Of a stretch of DNA of 64,000 bases, positions 21,137 to 30,703 are shown piece after piece (position 1 is the first letter of the stretch; each line of letters opens with the position of its first letter). The DNA comes from Gammaproteobacteria bacterium (GTDB lineage Bacteria; Pseudomonadota; Gammaproteobacteria; Chromatiales; Chromatiaceae). The DNA is taken from NCBI GenBank assembly GCA_024277555.1, contig JAJRUY010000320.1, forward strand, positions 12,388-76,387, in the 5' to 3' direction. The position numbers and the translations under genes are program-made. The notes beneath the pieces are model-generated. The model was not told the DNA's origin. It saw only the letters and a list, made by a program, of their open reading frames with translations, and searched no databases.

Positions 21137-21934
21137 TTGCGGCACTTTGCAGCACCAGTAACAACGATGATTTCATTTATTTCCTCAATACTGCGATTTA
21201 CTTATCGCACCATACTGCTTGTCAGTTTTCTGCTGTTGCTACTTTTCCCGGTATTGATGCTGGTTAACCATCACCGCAAAAGCAATACCGCAAGCGGTCA
21301 TTTGAAAGCGGATGCGATTGGCGCCTGGCTGTCTACCCGGCTGGTGTGGTTTTTTGGGGTTCGGGTGCGCCCCCGGGGTACACTTGCGGAAGGGCCGGTG
21401 CTGATGGCTGCCAACCACATATCCTGGCTGGATATTCCGGTTCTGCACTCAGTCTGTGCGATGGGTTTTGTGGGCAAGGCAGAAATAAGAAAATGGCCGA
21501 TATTCAGATATATAGCACGTACCGGTGGCACAATATTCCATCAGCGTGGCAGCCATGATTCTGCCAATGACGTTGCCATCTCAATGGTACAGAGGTTGAA
21601 GCAGGGACGCCGCGTCGCCATCTTTCCCGAAGGTGGCATATTGCCTGGCAATGCGATACGGGTATTTCATGCCCGCATGTTTCGCGCGGCGGTAGAGGCT
21701 GAGTGTGCGGTCCAGCCGGTGATGATTCGCTATCTGCGTGATGGTGTCCGGGATGATGATATTTCCTTCCGGGACGGTGAGAGTATGCTGAAAAACTTTA
21801 CCCGCTTGCTGGCACGGCCCGGCCTTGATGCAGACATTCTTTTTTTTCCGGCGATAGATGCTGTCGGAGTGCCCAGGCGTATGTTGGCTGAGCAGGCCCG
21901 GGCAGCCGTAGTGAGCAGTTATGATGACAAATAG
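21137..21934 (+). CDS. Lysophospholipid acyltransferase (PlsC/OlsA-like)
   Basis: ANHISWLDI, FVGKAEI, IFPEG. Start codon uncertain. Confidence 0.88.
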   Translation: MRHFAAPVTTMISFISSILRFTYRTILLVSFLLLLLFPVLMLVNHHRKSNTASGHLKADAIGAWLSTRLVWFFGVRVRPRGTLAEGPVLMAANHISWLDIPVLHSVCAMGFVGKAEIRKWPIFRYIARTGGTIFHQRGSHDSANDVAISMVQRLKQGRRVAIFPEGGILPGNAIRVFHARMFRAAVEAECAVQPVMIRYLRDGVRDDDISFRDGESMLKNFTRLLARPGLDADILFFPAIDAVGVPRRMLAEQARAAVVSSYDDK

Positions 21935-22948
21935 ATGAAGCAAACCTACATCACAGCAGATATATTCCGGCCGGGTTTTGGCTTGCGCAATACCCATGCC
22001 CAGTCGCTGATTAACAGCAGCGGTTTGCGTCGGCAGGTGGTCAGCCGGCGAGCCAGGGCGCTGTTGGCTGCCGAGCGGGATTGGGTCGTTGACGGTGGTG
22101 GAGGCGTGCGTTTGCTGGGCCACTATTCAAAGCAGGCCGACCGCAGTAAAGGCCTGGTAATATTGTTTCATGGCTGGGAGGGCAGCAGCCGTTCCAACTA
22201 CGTGGTGGGTGTTGGCGGTGAGTTGTTCAAACAGGGCTTTGACATATTCCGCCTCAACTTCCGCGACCATGGTGATAGCCATCATATGAACGCGGGAATT
22301 TTTCACTCCTGTTTGCTGGATGAGGTTATCCATGCGTTGAAGGACATTCAGCAGCGTACCGGTGCACAGAACTGGGCCCTTTCAGGCTATTCCCTGGGTG
22401 GGAACTTCGCCTTGCGGGTTGCTCTGCGGGCTCCGGAATCCGGTCTGTCGCTCGCCCAGGTAGTTGCAGTTTGCCCGGTCGTATCGCCTGCAAATGTACT
22501 CAAAGCGATGGAGGACGGCCCCTCGTTATATGAGAACTACTTTATCCGTAAATGGGCGAAATCGCTTAAGCACAAGCAAACGCTGTTCCCGGACGCATAT
22601 GAATATGAAGAATGGCATCAACTGGAGGGGCTGCGTGCACGGACCGGTTTTTTTGCCACGCGCTATTATGAATTTGAGTCGCTGGAGCAATATTTTGAAG
22701 GTTACTCAATTGCCGGTGACCGGCTGGCAGGAATACGTGTACCGACAACCATTCTGACCTCGGAGGATGATCCGGTGGTTCCGGTGGCTGACTTCAGGGA
22801 ATTGCCGGAGAATAACCATATTGAATTGCTGGTGGCCCGTTATGGTGGCCACTGCGCATTTTTGAAGAACTGGAAAATGGACAGTTGGGCAGATGAGCTG
22901 ATATTGGAACGCGTGCAGCAGAGTGTGCAAAGGTCTCAGGCAACATAA
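21935..22948 (+). CDS. YheT-family alpha/beta hydrolase
   Basis: NTHAQS, HGWEGSS, GYSLGGN, DDPVVP, GGHCAF. Confidence 0.88.
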   Translation: MKQTYITADIFRPGFGLRNTHAQSLINSSGLRRQVVSRRARALLAAERDWVVDGGGGVRLLGHYSKQADRSKGLVILFHGWEGSSRSNYVVGVGGELFKQGFDIFRLNFRDHGDSHHMNAGIFHSCLLDEVIHALKDIQQRTGAQNWALSGYSLGGNFALRVALRAPESGLSLAQVVAVCPVVSPANVLKAMEDGPSLYENYFIRKWAKSLKHKQTLFPDAYEYEEWHQLEGLRARTGFFATRYYEFESLEQYFEGYSIAGDRLAGIRVPTTILTSEDDPVVPVADFRELPENNHIELLVARYGGHCAFLKNWKMDSWADELILERVQQSVQRSQAT

Positions 22949-22987
22949 ACAGGTAATCAGGAAACAGGAAATCAGCAGGCATTGAGC

Positions 22988-25099
22988 ATGATCAAAAAAG
23001 TCATAAAACTACTGGAAGAAGGCAAGTTTAAACAAGTGGAAGAAATTCTGCGTCCGGTTATTAAGAAATCACCGATGGATACCGAGGCCCTGTTTCATCT
23101 TGCGCTGGCCCGGCGCGACCAGGGTGATCTCAACGAGGCCATTGAACTGATAGAACGCGCTATCAAGACCCAGCCCAGGAATGCAACTTTGTATTTTGCC
23201 CTTGGGAATATGCAATTGGCCATTCCGGATTATGACGAGGCCGAGGGTAGCTTTCTCAAGTCTACCGGCCTGGACCCGAATAATGTGGATGCTCGCACGG
23301 GCCTGGCTTTTCTGGAGATACGCCAGTCCCGCTTTAAAGCGGCTGAACATTCCCTGATGATCGCCTTGAGTATTGACCCGAACAATGTGCAGGCGTTGAT
23401 ATTCATCGGTATCGCCCTGCTGGAGCAGGGTCAGCATGATGGGGCCATTGAATACTTGCAACAAGCCGTCAAACTGAGTCCTGACAACGTTCAGGCACAG
23501 TTCTGTTTTGGCCGCGCGTTACTTACTGCCGGCAATTCCGGCTTTGCGGTCCAGTGCTTTGAGAACACTGTGAAAGCGGAACCTGAGACTGCAGAGTTCA
23601 GAGACTGGCTGGGCTGCGCCCAGCTCAATTGCGGCCAGATCAAGGAAGCGGGGGAGAGCTTTCATAAAGCGCTGCAGTTAGGCCGGGTCAATATTGAGGT
23701 GCTGACCGGGTTGGTCAAGGTTGAGACACTACAAGGCAACCGGGTAGCTGCTTTACAGATGATGGAACAGGCCGTGCAACTGGCGCCGGAGCGAAATGAC
23801 CTGTTGCTGCAGTTTACCGAAATGTTGATGGAAGGTGGCCGCCTCGACGAAGCCATCCAATGGCTGCAAAGCCTGCTTGCAACGGGCTTCGAGCCAGCGT
23901 TGGTGAGTGTGCGCCTGGCGACGGCATTTATGCAAAAAGGTGATGCAGCCCAGGCCCTGGAAACGCTGGAGCCGCTGGAACAGCAGGCGAACCAGGAAGA
24001 TGCAGTCATGGCACCAGAGACCCGCCTGATGCTGGCCTGGGCTTTGCAGGAGTGTGGTAAGAGGGAATCTTCGGTAGCGCACCTGGACATAATTTTGGCG
24101 CTCGAGAAGCCACCATTTGATGCCGTGCTGTTCCGTGCGCGGCAAATGTATGATGCGGGTGACAGCGAGGCTGTCAGGTTGTTGCGCCAGGTGCTCCAGC
24201 GCGATGATATCGGTGCAGAGCATTCCCGCCAGGCGCAGATACTGTTGGCGGCTGCGTTGGAAAAGGCTGGCGATTACAAAAGTGCTGTCATCGAATATCG
24301 TGGTTTGGCAGATCGCCCGGCCGCAGTGGCACAGATTGCAGAGCAGTTCTACCAGGGTGATGTCGTCGGTGAGGCACCGGTTTCGGCCATGGACGCAGCG
24401 GTGACTGCAGGCTGGCCCCAGCAACCGCCAGCGGATGATCGTGGAGAGCCCATATTCGCCTTCGCCTGGCCCGGGTCCGGGCGTACACGGGTACTGGCTG
24501 CGCTGGCTCAACATCCTGGCCTGCTTTTTCTGCCTGACAGTCCAAATCAGCAGGGCTCGCGCCTGATCAGGTTGACCGACCGGCAGGGGGCGAATGGCCT
24601 GGGAACTCTTGATGAGGCCAATATCAGGTTGAGCCGCCGTCACTACTGGAAAGCAACGGGGTTGGACAAGCAACTGCCTGAGAACACGCAGGTTCTTGAT
24701 ACGCTGTGGCTGAACGTTGAATTGCTGCCGGTCATTGCCAGGTATTTCCCCGGCACCACCGTGATCGTCCTGACCCGGGAACCACGCGATATGGCGGTGG
24801 CATGGATGCAGACTGGTTATCAGGACCTTGAAGCACTGGCCAGCCAGTACCAATCACAGCTGGAACTTTTGCAGCAGTGTCGCAATTCACTGCCTTTAAA
24901 ATTTATTGAAATAGAGTACGATAAACTCTGTGAAGACCCACACAACGGTTTGCAGGGTTTGCAGGCGTCGCTTGGCCTTGAGCCGGATGCAGCGGTGGTT
25001 GAACATTTCAATGCCGCCATAGCGCGGGTGCCGGCAAAGCCTGGCGACTGGAAGCACTACCGGGACGAATTGGCGACCGTGTTTGACAAGTTTGTATAA
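22988..25099 (+). CDS. TPR protein with a degenerate C-terminal sulfotransferase-like domain
   Basis: Many TPR repeats; C-terminal PIFAFAWPGSG, REPRD, YDKL..DP and WKHY echo the sulfotransferase fold. Confidence 0.75.
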   Translation: MIKKVIKLLEEGKFKQVEEILRPVIKKSPMDTEALFHLALARRDQGDLNEAIELIERAIKTQPRNATLYFALGNMQLAIPDYDEAEGSFLKSTGLDPNNVDARTGLAFLEIRQSRFKAAEHSLMIALSIDPNNVQALIFIGIALLEQGQHDGAIEYLQQAVKLSPDNVQAQFCFGRALLTAGNSGFAVQCFENTVKAEPETAEFRDWLGCAQLNCGQIKEAGESFHKALQLGRVNIEVLTGLVKVETLQGNRVAALQMMEQAVQLAPERNDLLLQFTEMLMEGGRLDEAIQWLQSLLATGFEPALVSVRLATAFMQKGDAAQALETLEPLEQQANQEDAVMAPETRLMLAWALQECGKRESSVAHLDIILALEKPPFDAVLFRARQMYDAGDSEAVRLLRQVLQRDDIGAEHSRQAQILLAAALEKAGDYKSAVIEYRGLADRPAAVAQIAEQFYQGDVVGEAPVSAMDAAVTAGWPQQPPADDRGEPIFAFAWPGSGRTRVLAALAQHPGLLFLPDSPNQQGSRLIRLTDRQGANGLGTLDEANIRLSRRHYWKATGLDKQLPENTQVLDTLWLNVELLPVIARYFPGTTVIVLTREPRDMAVAWMQTGYQDLEALASQYQSQLELLQQCRNSLPLKFIEIEYDKLCEDPHNGLQGLQASLGLEPDAAVVEHFNAAIARVPAKPGDWKHYRDELATVFDKFV

Positions 25100-25134
25100 T
25101 GGCTTAGCTTGGAATTTGGAAGGGTGTTAAGGCT

Positions 25135-25863
25135 ATGAAAAAGAAACTACTGATCGGTTTAGGCGGCATTGTGCTGGTGCTGGGTGTTTTCCTCTGGCAG
25201 GTGGTTGCCAATCTCGACAATATTGTTGCCGGTGTTATTGAAAGTGTCGGCTCGGATGTATTGCAGACAAAGGTCAGCGTCTCCGGAGTTTCGATTAACC
25301 TGAAAGAGGGTAAAGCAGGTATCGATGGGTTGACAATAGCGAACCCTGCCGGGTTTTCCAGTGCCGATCTTTTCGCCATGAAAGGCATCGAAGTTGACCT
25401 TGATTTGCAGTCTGTGGGTGGTGATGTGCTGGTGATTAAATCTATCCGCATCAGTGATCCAAAGGTTGTTTTTGAGGCCGATAATACCGGCGGCAGCAAC
25501 ATGCAGGCCTTGCTGGATAACATGAAAAGCAGTTCCAGCGGGGATAATGAAACCAGCAGTGGCAACGCTGTGAAGATGATCATTGCGAGCTTCGAGTTCA
25601 CCGGCGGCAAGGTTAAAGCGACGTCGACACTGAAGCCGGGTAAGACGGTAGACTTCAAGCTGCCTGCAATCCGGATGTCAGACATTGGCCGTGCTGAGGG
25701 TGGCGTGACAGCAGACGTGGTCATGCAGAAAATTATCTCGAAACTGGTTAATAACGTTATTGAAGCGACACTCAGAGCGGAAGTTGACAAAGCGCTGGAA
25801 GGAAAGAAATCAGATTTCAAGAAAAAGCTGGGCGATATTATTCGCGGTAGCGGAAACAGCTAA
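25135..25863 (+). CDS. AsmA-like / DUF748-like membrane-anchored protein
   Basis: N-terminal TM anchor followed by beta-rich repeats, GLTIANPAGF, GGSN. Confidence 0.6.
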   Translation: MKKKLLIGLGGIVLVLGVFLWQVVANLDNIVAGVIESVGSDVLQTKVSVSGVSINLKEGKAGIDGLTIANPAGFSSADLFAMKGIEVDLDLQSVGGDVLVIKSIRISDPKVVFEADNTGGSNMQALLDNMKSSSSGDNETSSGNAVKMIIASFEFTGGKVKATSTLKPGKTVDFKLPAIRMSDIGRAEGGVTADVVMQKIISKLVNNVIEATLRAEVDKALEGKKSDFKKKLGDIIRGSGNS

Positions 25864-25886
25864 GGCCAAGCGGTAAAGATCAAAAC

Positions 25887-25960
25887 GCGGGTGTAGTTCA
25901 ATGGTAGAACTTCAGCTTCCCAAGCTGACTACGTGGGTTCGATTCCCATCACCCGCTCCA
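25887..25960 (+). tRNA. tRNA-Gly(CCC)
   Basis: GCGGGTG/CACCCGC acceptor stem, anticodon arm TCAGC-TTCCCAA-GCTGA, T-loop GGTTCGATTCC, encoded 3' CCA; 74 nt. Confidence 0.97.
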
Positions 25961-26011
25961 TTGATGCGCCAGTTGCAGCGTAAAATCGGGCTCCTTGATG
26001 AATAATCCGGA

Positions 26012-26767
26012 CTAGTGGTGGGTGTTCAGGTGTCTCCGACGGTATTGGGCAGGTGTCATTCCGACGTGTCTTTTGAACGCGGAGTAAAAAGCTGAATTAG
26101 AATTGAACCCCACATTAAACGCTATCGTCAGTATAGCGTTGCTTTGGCTGCCGGAGCTTTCCAGTAATTTTCTGGCATGTTCAATACGGTAACGGTTCAC
26201 GTAATCAAAGAAATTTGTACCAAACCCGGAATTGATCACCTGCGACAGGATGTTGACCGAACAACCAACGGCCTCTGCCAGTTTTGGCAGGGTCAAACCA
26301 GATTCCAGGTATTCCTCTCTGGATTGCATGATCTGGTCGAGTTGTTGCTTATGTGTGAGCAGTTGGTTTTTGGTCAATCCAGACTTGGCGTATTTATTCA
26401 ATTGCTGTTTGATAGGAATATCATAGTAGTCAGTGATCGCCATCGCTTCATCACCCTTCAGGGTCATGAATTCCGCACCATGATAGGAAATGGGCTTTTC
26501 ACTTTTCTTGTTGTTCTTGTACAGAAACATTCGGTATTGGAATGCTATGGCATTTTCACTTTTCTGAATTTCACCGATCAATTCGTAGCGATGCCGGAAC
26601 GCGATAAAAAAATTGTCCAGGTTAGCAATCAGTGCGCCAGGAGAAATTTGTTTGTTCTCCGGAACATCACGATAGACTCCCCCAGCGGCGAGGTGGTCTG
26701 CTATACCCTTTGAATCTCGTTGATTCCAGGCATCAAAATAGCTTTCTACAAATTTTGACTTACGCAT
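26012..26767 (-). CDS. AraC-family regulator with N-terminal SnoaL/NTF2-like domain
   Basis: YFDAWN..D N-terminus; C-terminal LSQVIN..FFDYVNRYRIE..GFNSNSAFYSAFK..TP. Confidence 0.85.
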   Translation of the reverse strand: MRKSKFVESYFDAWNQRDSKGIADHLAAGGVYRDVPENKQISPGALIANLDNFFIAFRHRYELIGEIQKSENAIAFQYRMFLYKNNKKSEKPISYHGAEFMTLKGDEAMAITDYYDIPIKQQLNKYAKSGLTKNQLLTHKQQLDQIMQSREEYLESGLTLPKLAEAVGCSVNILSQVINSGFGTNFFDYVNRYRIEHARKLLESSGSQSNAILTIAFNVGFNSNSAFYSAFKRHVGMTPAQYRRRHLNTHH

Positions 26768-26966
26768 TCAATTGTGCTCGGAATTTTAACCGTTGCTTGG
26801 TATCCTACCGCATCCCGTTAATGAATGCTGTTTTAAAACAGGAGTCTGTCGCAGCGCATTTTTGGAGCACACCAGCAGCATAGAGTTTGATCACTGTGAA
26901 CTGCCTGTGGTATATCGGTGAGCGAGGCTGTGAATACGCGCCATAAGGAAAATCACTCAAGCTACT

Positions 26967-27698
26967 ATGCAATTTACAATTTCAGCGCGCGGTAAGGCGT
27001 CAGCAATACCCATCCAGCGGTTTATCAAGAATAATTATTCTCAAATACCACTGGAACAAATTGATAGCTTCTTTGGTTTCGCAGAGGCATCCACGCTTTA
27101 CGGCGGGCGTTTTTTCGCCAACACGGAACTCAGTCGCTATGATGTCCGTGCCTTGTACATGATGAACATCAATGTAAGGTTGCCGGTCACAAATCATTAT
27201 GTGACACCAGATGAATATGAGGAAAATCAACCTTTCCTGGAAAAATACCACCGTCCCGGCAATTCACTGATCATCACCAACGATGAACTGGCTGGGTGGA
27301 TACGCGGTGACTTTCCGGATTATCGACTGGAAGCCAGCGTCATTAAAAACCTACACACGATGAAAAAGGTGGAAGAAGCTTTTCGAATTTACGATACCGT
27401 GATCTTGCCGATGGCATCCAACGATGATGAAAAACTACTCAAGTCGATCGACAACAAGAAAAATGTCACGCTGTTTGCAAACGCAGGGTGTGCCTATACC
27501 TGTCCTGCAAAGATTTGTTACCCCAGTGTTTCAAAAGCTAACAAAACTGGTGACCAAAACCTTTTCCAATGTTCCCGGAAACTTAAAGAGCGCAACACCA
27601 TCGGTATGTATGATTTTGATTTGGAATACCTGCAATCACTTGGCTTTGAGCGCTTTAAACTATTGCGTCCACGTCAGGGTGATATGACGGGGTACTAG
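26967..27698 (+). CDS. U32 peptidase-like protein (putative Fe-S hydroxylase)
   Basis: LEASVI, FANAGCAYTCPAKIC...FQC (four Cys) and GFERFKLLR resemble U32-family hallmarks. Assigned by eye only. Confidence 0.55.
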   Translation: MQFTISARGKASAIPIQRFIKNNYSQIPLEQIDSFFGFAEASTLYGGRFFANTELSRYDVRALYMMNINVRLPVTNHYVTPDEYEENQPFLEKYHRPGNSLIITNDELAGWIRGDFPDYRLEASVIKNLHTMKKVEEAFRIYDTVILPMASNDDEKLLKSIDNKKNVTLFANAGCAYTCPAKICYPSVSKANKTGDQNLFQCSRKLKERNTIGMYDFDLEYLQSLGFERFKLLRPRQGDMTGY

Positions 27699-28258
27699 TT
27701 CGAACGGCCCAATTCCTCTGGTGGAACATAATCGAAAATAAATGTAATGCGGCTTTCTTCGCCCTTGTTCATCACGCTGTGTCTTTTCTGATTATTGATT
27801 TCATAAGCCTGGCCAGGTTGCAATTGGTGCGGCCGGCCATCGATCATGAAGCGGACCCTTCGATTGGTCGTGATCGGAACGTGTATCCGGTGACCTTTGT
27901 GAAAAGACGGGTGGGCATCAACATGCGGCATTATTTTGCCACCAGCGAGTAATTTTGCCGCCATGGCCCGGATGATGGTGCCACCCGGTGGGTAAGCCCT
28001 ACGAATGATCTCATGCATGACGGGCAAGGCTACTTCAGCGAGACGGTCCCAACCGGGCTCCTTGCAAATATCGACCTCGGGCCAATCTTCGAGTTTTGTG
28101 AAAACCAGTGCAATTGTTTCAGTTTGCCGGTGGACTTCATAGGTTTCCTGGCGATAATGGCTTTCATGCCAGGCGTCATTTTCCTGGGCCAGGATGGTTT
28201 TGGATAAAGCCGTTATATCAATCGGACCGAGTTCGCGGATACGGCCTTCAATATTCAT
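27695..28258 (-). CDS. Aspartyl/asparaginyl beta-hydroxylase domain protein (Fe(II)/2OG dioxygenase)
   Basis: IMPHVD (HxD), RIHVPITTN, EINNQKRHSVMN..RITFIFD. Confidence 0.88.
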   Translation of the reverse strand: MNIEGRIRELGPIDITALSKTILAQENDAWHESHYRQETYEVHRQTETIALVFTKLEDWPEVDICKEPGWDRLAEVALPVMHEIIRRAYPPGGTIIRAMAAKLLAGGKIMPHVDAHPSFHKGHRIHVPITTNRRVRFMIDGRPHQLQPGQAYEINNQKRHSVMNKGEESRITFIFDYVPPEELGRSN

Positions 28259-28410
28259 TGGATTCCGTGAAGCCGCTGTTTTTCTCTAACCCAGCATATT
28301 CCTTTACATTAAAGGTCATTATAATTCATCTGATTTTTGTGTCTTTCTCTATGTAGTATAAATGGTGACCTTGTGAACCGACCTTTAATCATCAACACCA
28401 AGGGCAGGAA

Positions 28411-30447
28411 ATGCAACATCAAGTGATATCGAAATCTGTTTTTGCTGAAGCACTGGAATTGATAAATTCCGGCCAACTGGCAGCAGCAGAACGTATCTGC
28501 AATAGCACTATATCGCAGTTCCCCAACGACCCCAACATCAACGGACTGCTGGGTGCATTGCTGGTGAAGATGAAAAAATATGAAGAAGCGGAGAAACTTC
28601 TTAACAAGACCATCGAACTGGCACCAACTTTTGCCAAACCCCATGAGGATCTGGGTTTCGTGTTGCTTGAACTGAACAGACCCCATGAAGCCATTGAAGC
28701 GTTGAAGAAGGCAACCCGACTTGATCCCAAACTCAACCTGGCTTTTCTAAACCTGGGCAAGGCCCTCGCCGCCGTTGGAAAAGGCAAGGAAGCAGACGCA
28801 GCATTTGAGAAGTCATTTGAATTGTCACCTGAACACAAACTGCTTGCCAGGGCAGTTGAATGTCTGCAGGCAAACCAATTTGAAGAAGCGGAAAGATTAA
28901 GCCGGGAAGTCATCAGAATTAACCCTGGTAACGTCGAAGCACTGCGCCTGATGGGAAGAATGGCGGCACGACAAAACAGGGTTGGGATCGCGGAAAGACA
29001 CTATCGCAAGGCACTGGAAGTCGCACCGGATTACACCGGTGTCATCGTTGATCTGGCAAAATTGCTTCGCGATGACGACCGTTTTGATGAGGCCATTGAA
29101 TGCTTCAGGCAGGCGATTGAAATGGAACCGGAAAATGCCCGGTTCCATGATTTGCTTGCAAACGCGCTGGCGCCAGCGGCATTGACGTATGAGGCGATCG
29201 AGGCTCATCAAAAAGCCATTGATCTAGATCCAAAGCTGGCCATTGCATGGCTCGGCCTGGGACATATGTTAAAAACGGTAGGCCGGCAGGATGAAGCTAT
29301 CGAGGCGTATCACCAGTGTTACGAGTTGGAACCGGACATCGGTGCCATCCAATGGAGCCTTGCCAACCTCAAAACCTACCACTTCACGGATGAAGAGATT
29401 AAAGATATGGAGGCAAAGATCGAACGTGACGATCTGGGGGCGGAATCGAAAGTGAATTTCTTGTTCGCACTCGCCAAGGCCTGGGAAGATAGAAAAGAAT
29501 ATGGCCGGGCATGGCGCTATTATGATGAGGGCAATTCATTGCGTCGTATCCAGGAATTATACGACCCGGTCGACACCGAGGTTATGAATGACATGATCGT
29601 TGATGTTTTCAGCCCTGAACTTCTGCAAGCGAATGCCGGTGCCGGATGTGCCGACCCATCACCCATATTTGTCATAGGCTTGCCGCGCTCCGGATCTACC
29701 TTAATTGAACAGATACTTGCCAGTCACAGCCTGGTGGAGGGCACGAGCGAATTACCTTACGTAACGCGTATTACCAGATCACTCAATAGAAACCGTGCCG
29801 ATGGTATCAATTATCCTAAGGCGGTTGCCGAACTCGATGAGAAGCATTTCGCAGCCATGGGCCAGGATTACGTCAGTTTTTGTCAAATGCACCGAACCGA
29901 AGGAAAACAGTATTTCATCGACAAAAACCCAAATAATTTTCCTGCCGTCGGATTTATTCACCTGATGCTGCCCAATGCAAAAATAATTGATGCCCGCCGT
30001 CATCCAATGGATGCCGGTTTCAGTTGTTACCGGCAATTATTTGCCAAGGGTCAGCCGTTTACTTATGACCTGACTGAAATTGGGGAATATTATCTGCAAT
30101 ATCAACGCATGATGGATTACTGGCATGAAGCCCTGCCAGGACGGGTATTAACCATGCAATACGAAGAAGTCGTCGCTGATTTTGAAAATCAGGTGCGTCG
30201 TCTGCTTGAATACTGCGGTCTTCCATTTGAGCAAGGCTGTCTGAATTTTTATGATACGGATCGCCCGGTTCGAACCGCCAGTTCGGAACAAGTACGTCAG
30301 CCTATATATTCTCAATCTGTAGGCAGATGGCGTTTATATGAACAGCACCTGGATGAGCTGAAGGAAGTTCTGCAGCCCTTGTTGCCCCGCTACGAAAAAT
30401 ACGAAGAAATCGGAAATGAGAACAAAGTCAAAGACAACGACCAGTGA
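28411..30447 (+). CDS. TPR-containing sulfotransferase
   Basis: TPR repeats; PIFVIGLPRSGSTLIEQIL (5'-PSB loop), FIDKNPNNF, RRHPMD, TASSEQVRQPIY. Confidence 0.92.
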   Translation: MQHQVISKSVFAEALELINSGQLAAAERICNSTISQFPNDPNINGLLGALLVKMKKYEEAEKLLNKTIELAPTFAKPHEDLGFVLLELNRPHEAIEALKKATRLDPKLNLAFLNLGKALAAVGKGKEADAAFEKSFELSPEHKLLARAVECLQANQFEEAERLSREVIRINPGNVEALRLMGRMAARQNRVGIAERHYRKALEVAPDYTGVIVDLAKLLRDDDRFDEAIECFRQAIEMEPENARFHDLLANALAPAALTYEAIEAHQKAIDLDPKLAIAWLGLGHMLKTVGRQDEAIEAYHQCYELEPDIGAIQWSLANLKTYHFTDEEIKDMEAKIERDDLGAESKVNFLFALAKAWEDRKEYGRAWRYYDEGNSLRRIQELYDPVDTEVMNDMIVDVFSPELLQANAGAGCADPSPIFVIGLPRSGSTLIEQILASHSLVEGTSELPYVTRITRSLNRNRADGINYPKAVAELDEKHFAAMGQDYVSFCQMHRTEGKQYFIDKNPNNFPAVGFIHLMLPNAKIIDARRHPMDAGFSCYRQLFAKGQPFTYDLTEIGEYYLQYQRMMDYWHEALPGRVLTMQYEEVVADFENQVRRLLEYCGLPFEQGCLNFYDTDRPVRTASSEQVRQPIYSQSVGRWRLYEQHLDELKEVLQPLLPRYEKYEEIGNENKVKDNDQ

Positions 30448-30492
30448 AGCTGCTTCAGTTCTTGACCATGATTGGCTGGTTGTTGGGTCAGC
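30416..30492 (+). pseudogene. Possible N-terminal relic of a ChoD-like GMC oxidase
   Basis: Frame reads ...VLDHDWLVVGS and then diverges; resembles the D-x-D-W-L-V-I-G-S-G-F-G-G start of cholesterol oxidase-like enzymes (compare 35204). Confidence 0.35.
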
Positions 30493-30703
30493 CGTGGGTG
30501 ACCGTGCTGCGGTTCCCGCCAATCCCGGCGTCCACCCCGGTTTATTCGTGCTGTCCGTTGTTACTCCCCAATTAGTCTTTTTTGAACCTTTTTTGTTTAA
30601 TTACTTAGCTGCATAATGTGCTATTAAGCGGAGCTGCAGGCATTATCCGGCTGAACCGGGTAATCAACTGACCCGAAAACCCCACACAGCCGGTGTTAAA
30701 ACG

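Noticed and set aside
23753-24853. 366-aa antisense ORF (also 18513..19283, 37678..38364, 58946..59623 and similar)
   Set aside because: Shadow frames of well-supported genes, with no recognisable motifs.
30647-30693. Possible structured leader (CCGGCTG...CAGCCGG with an inner stem) upstream of the ALDH
   Set aside because: Short stems, and no riboswitch or ncRNA family recognised.
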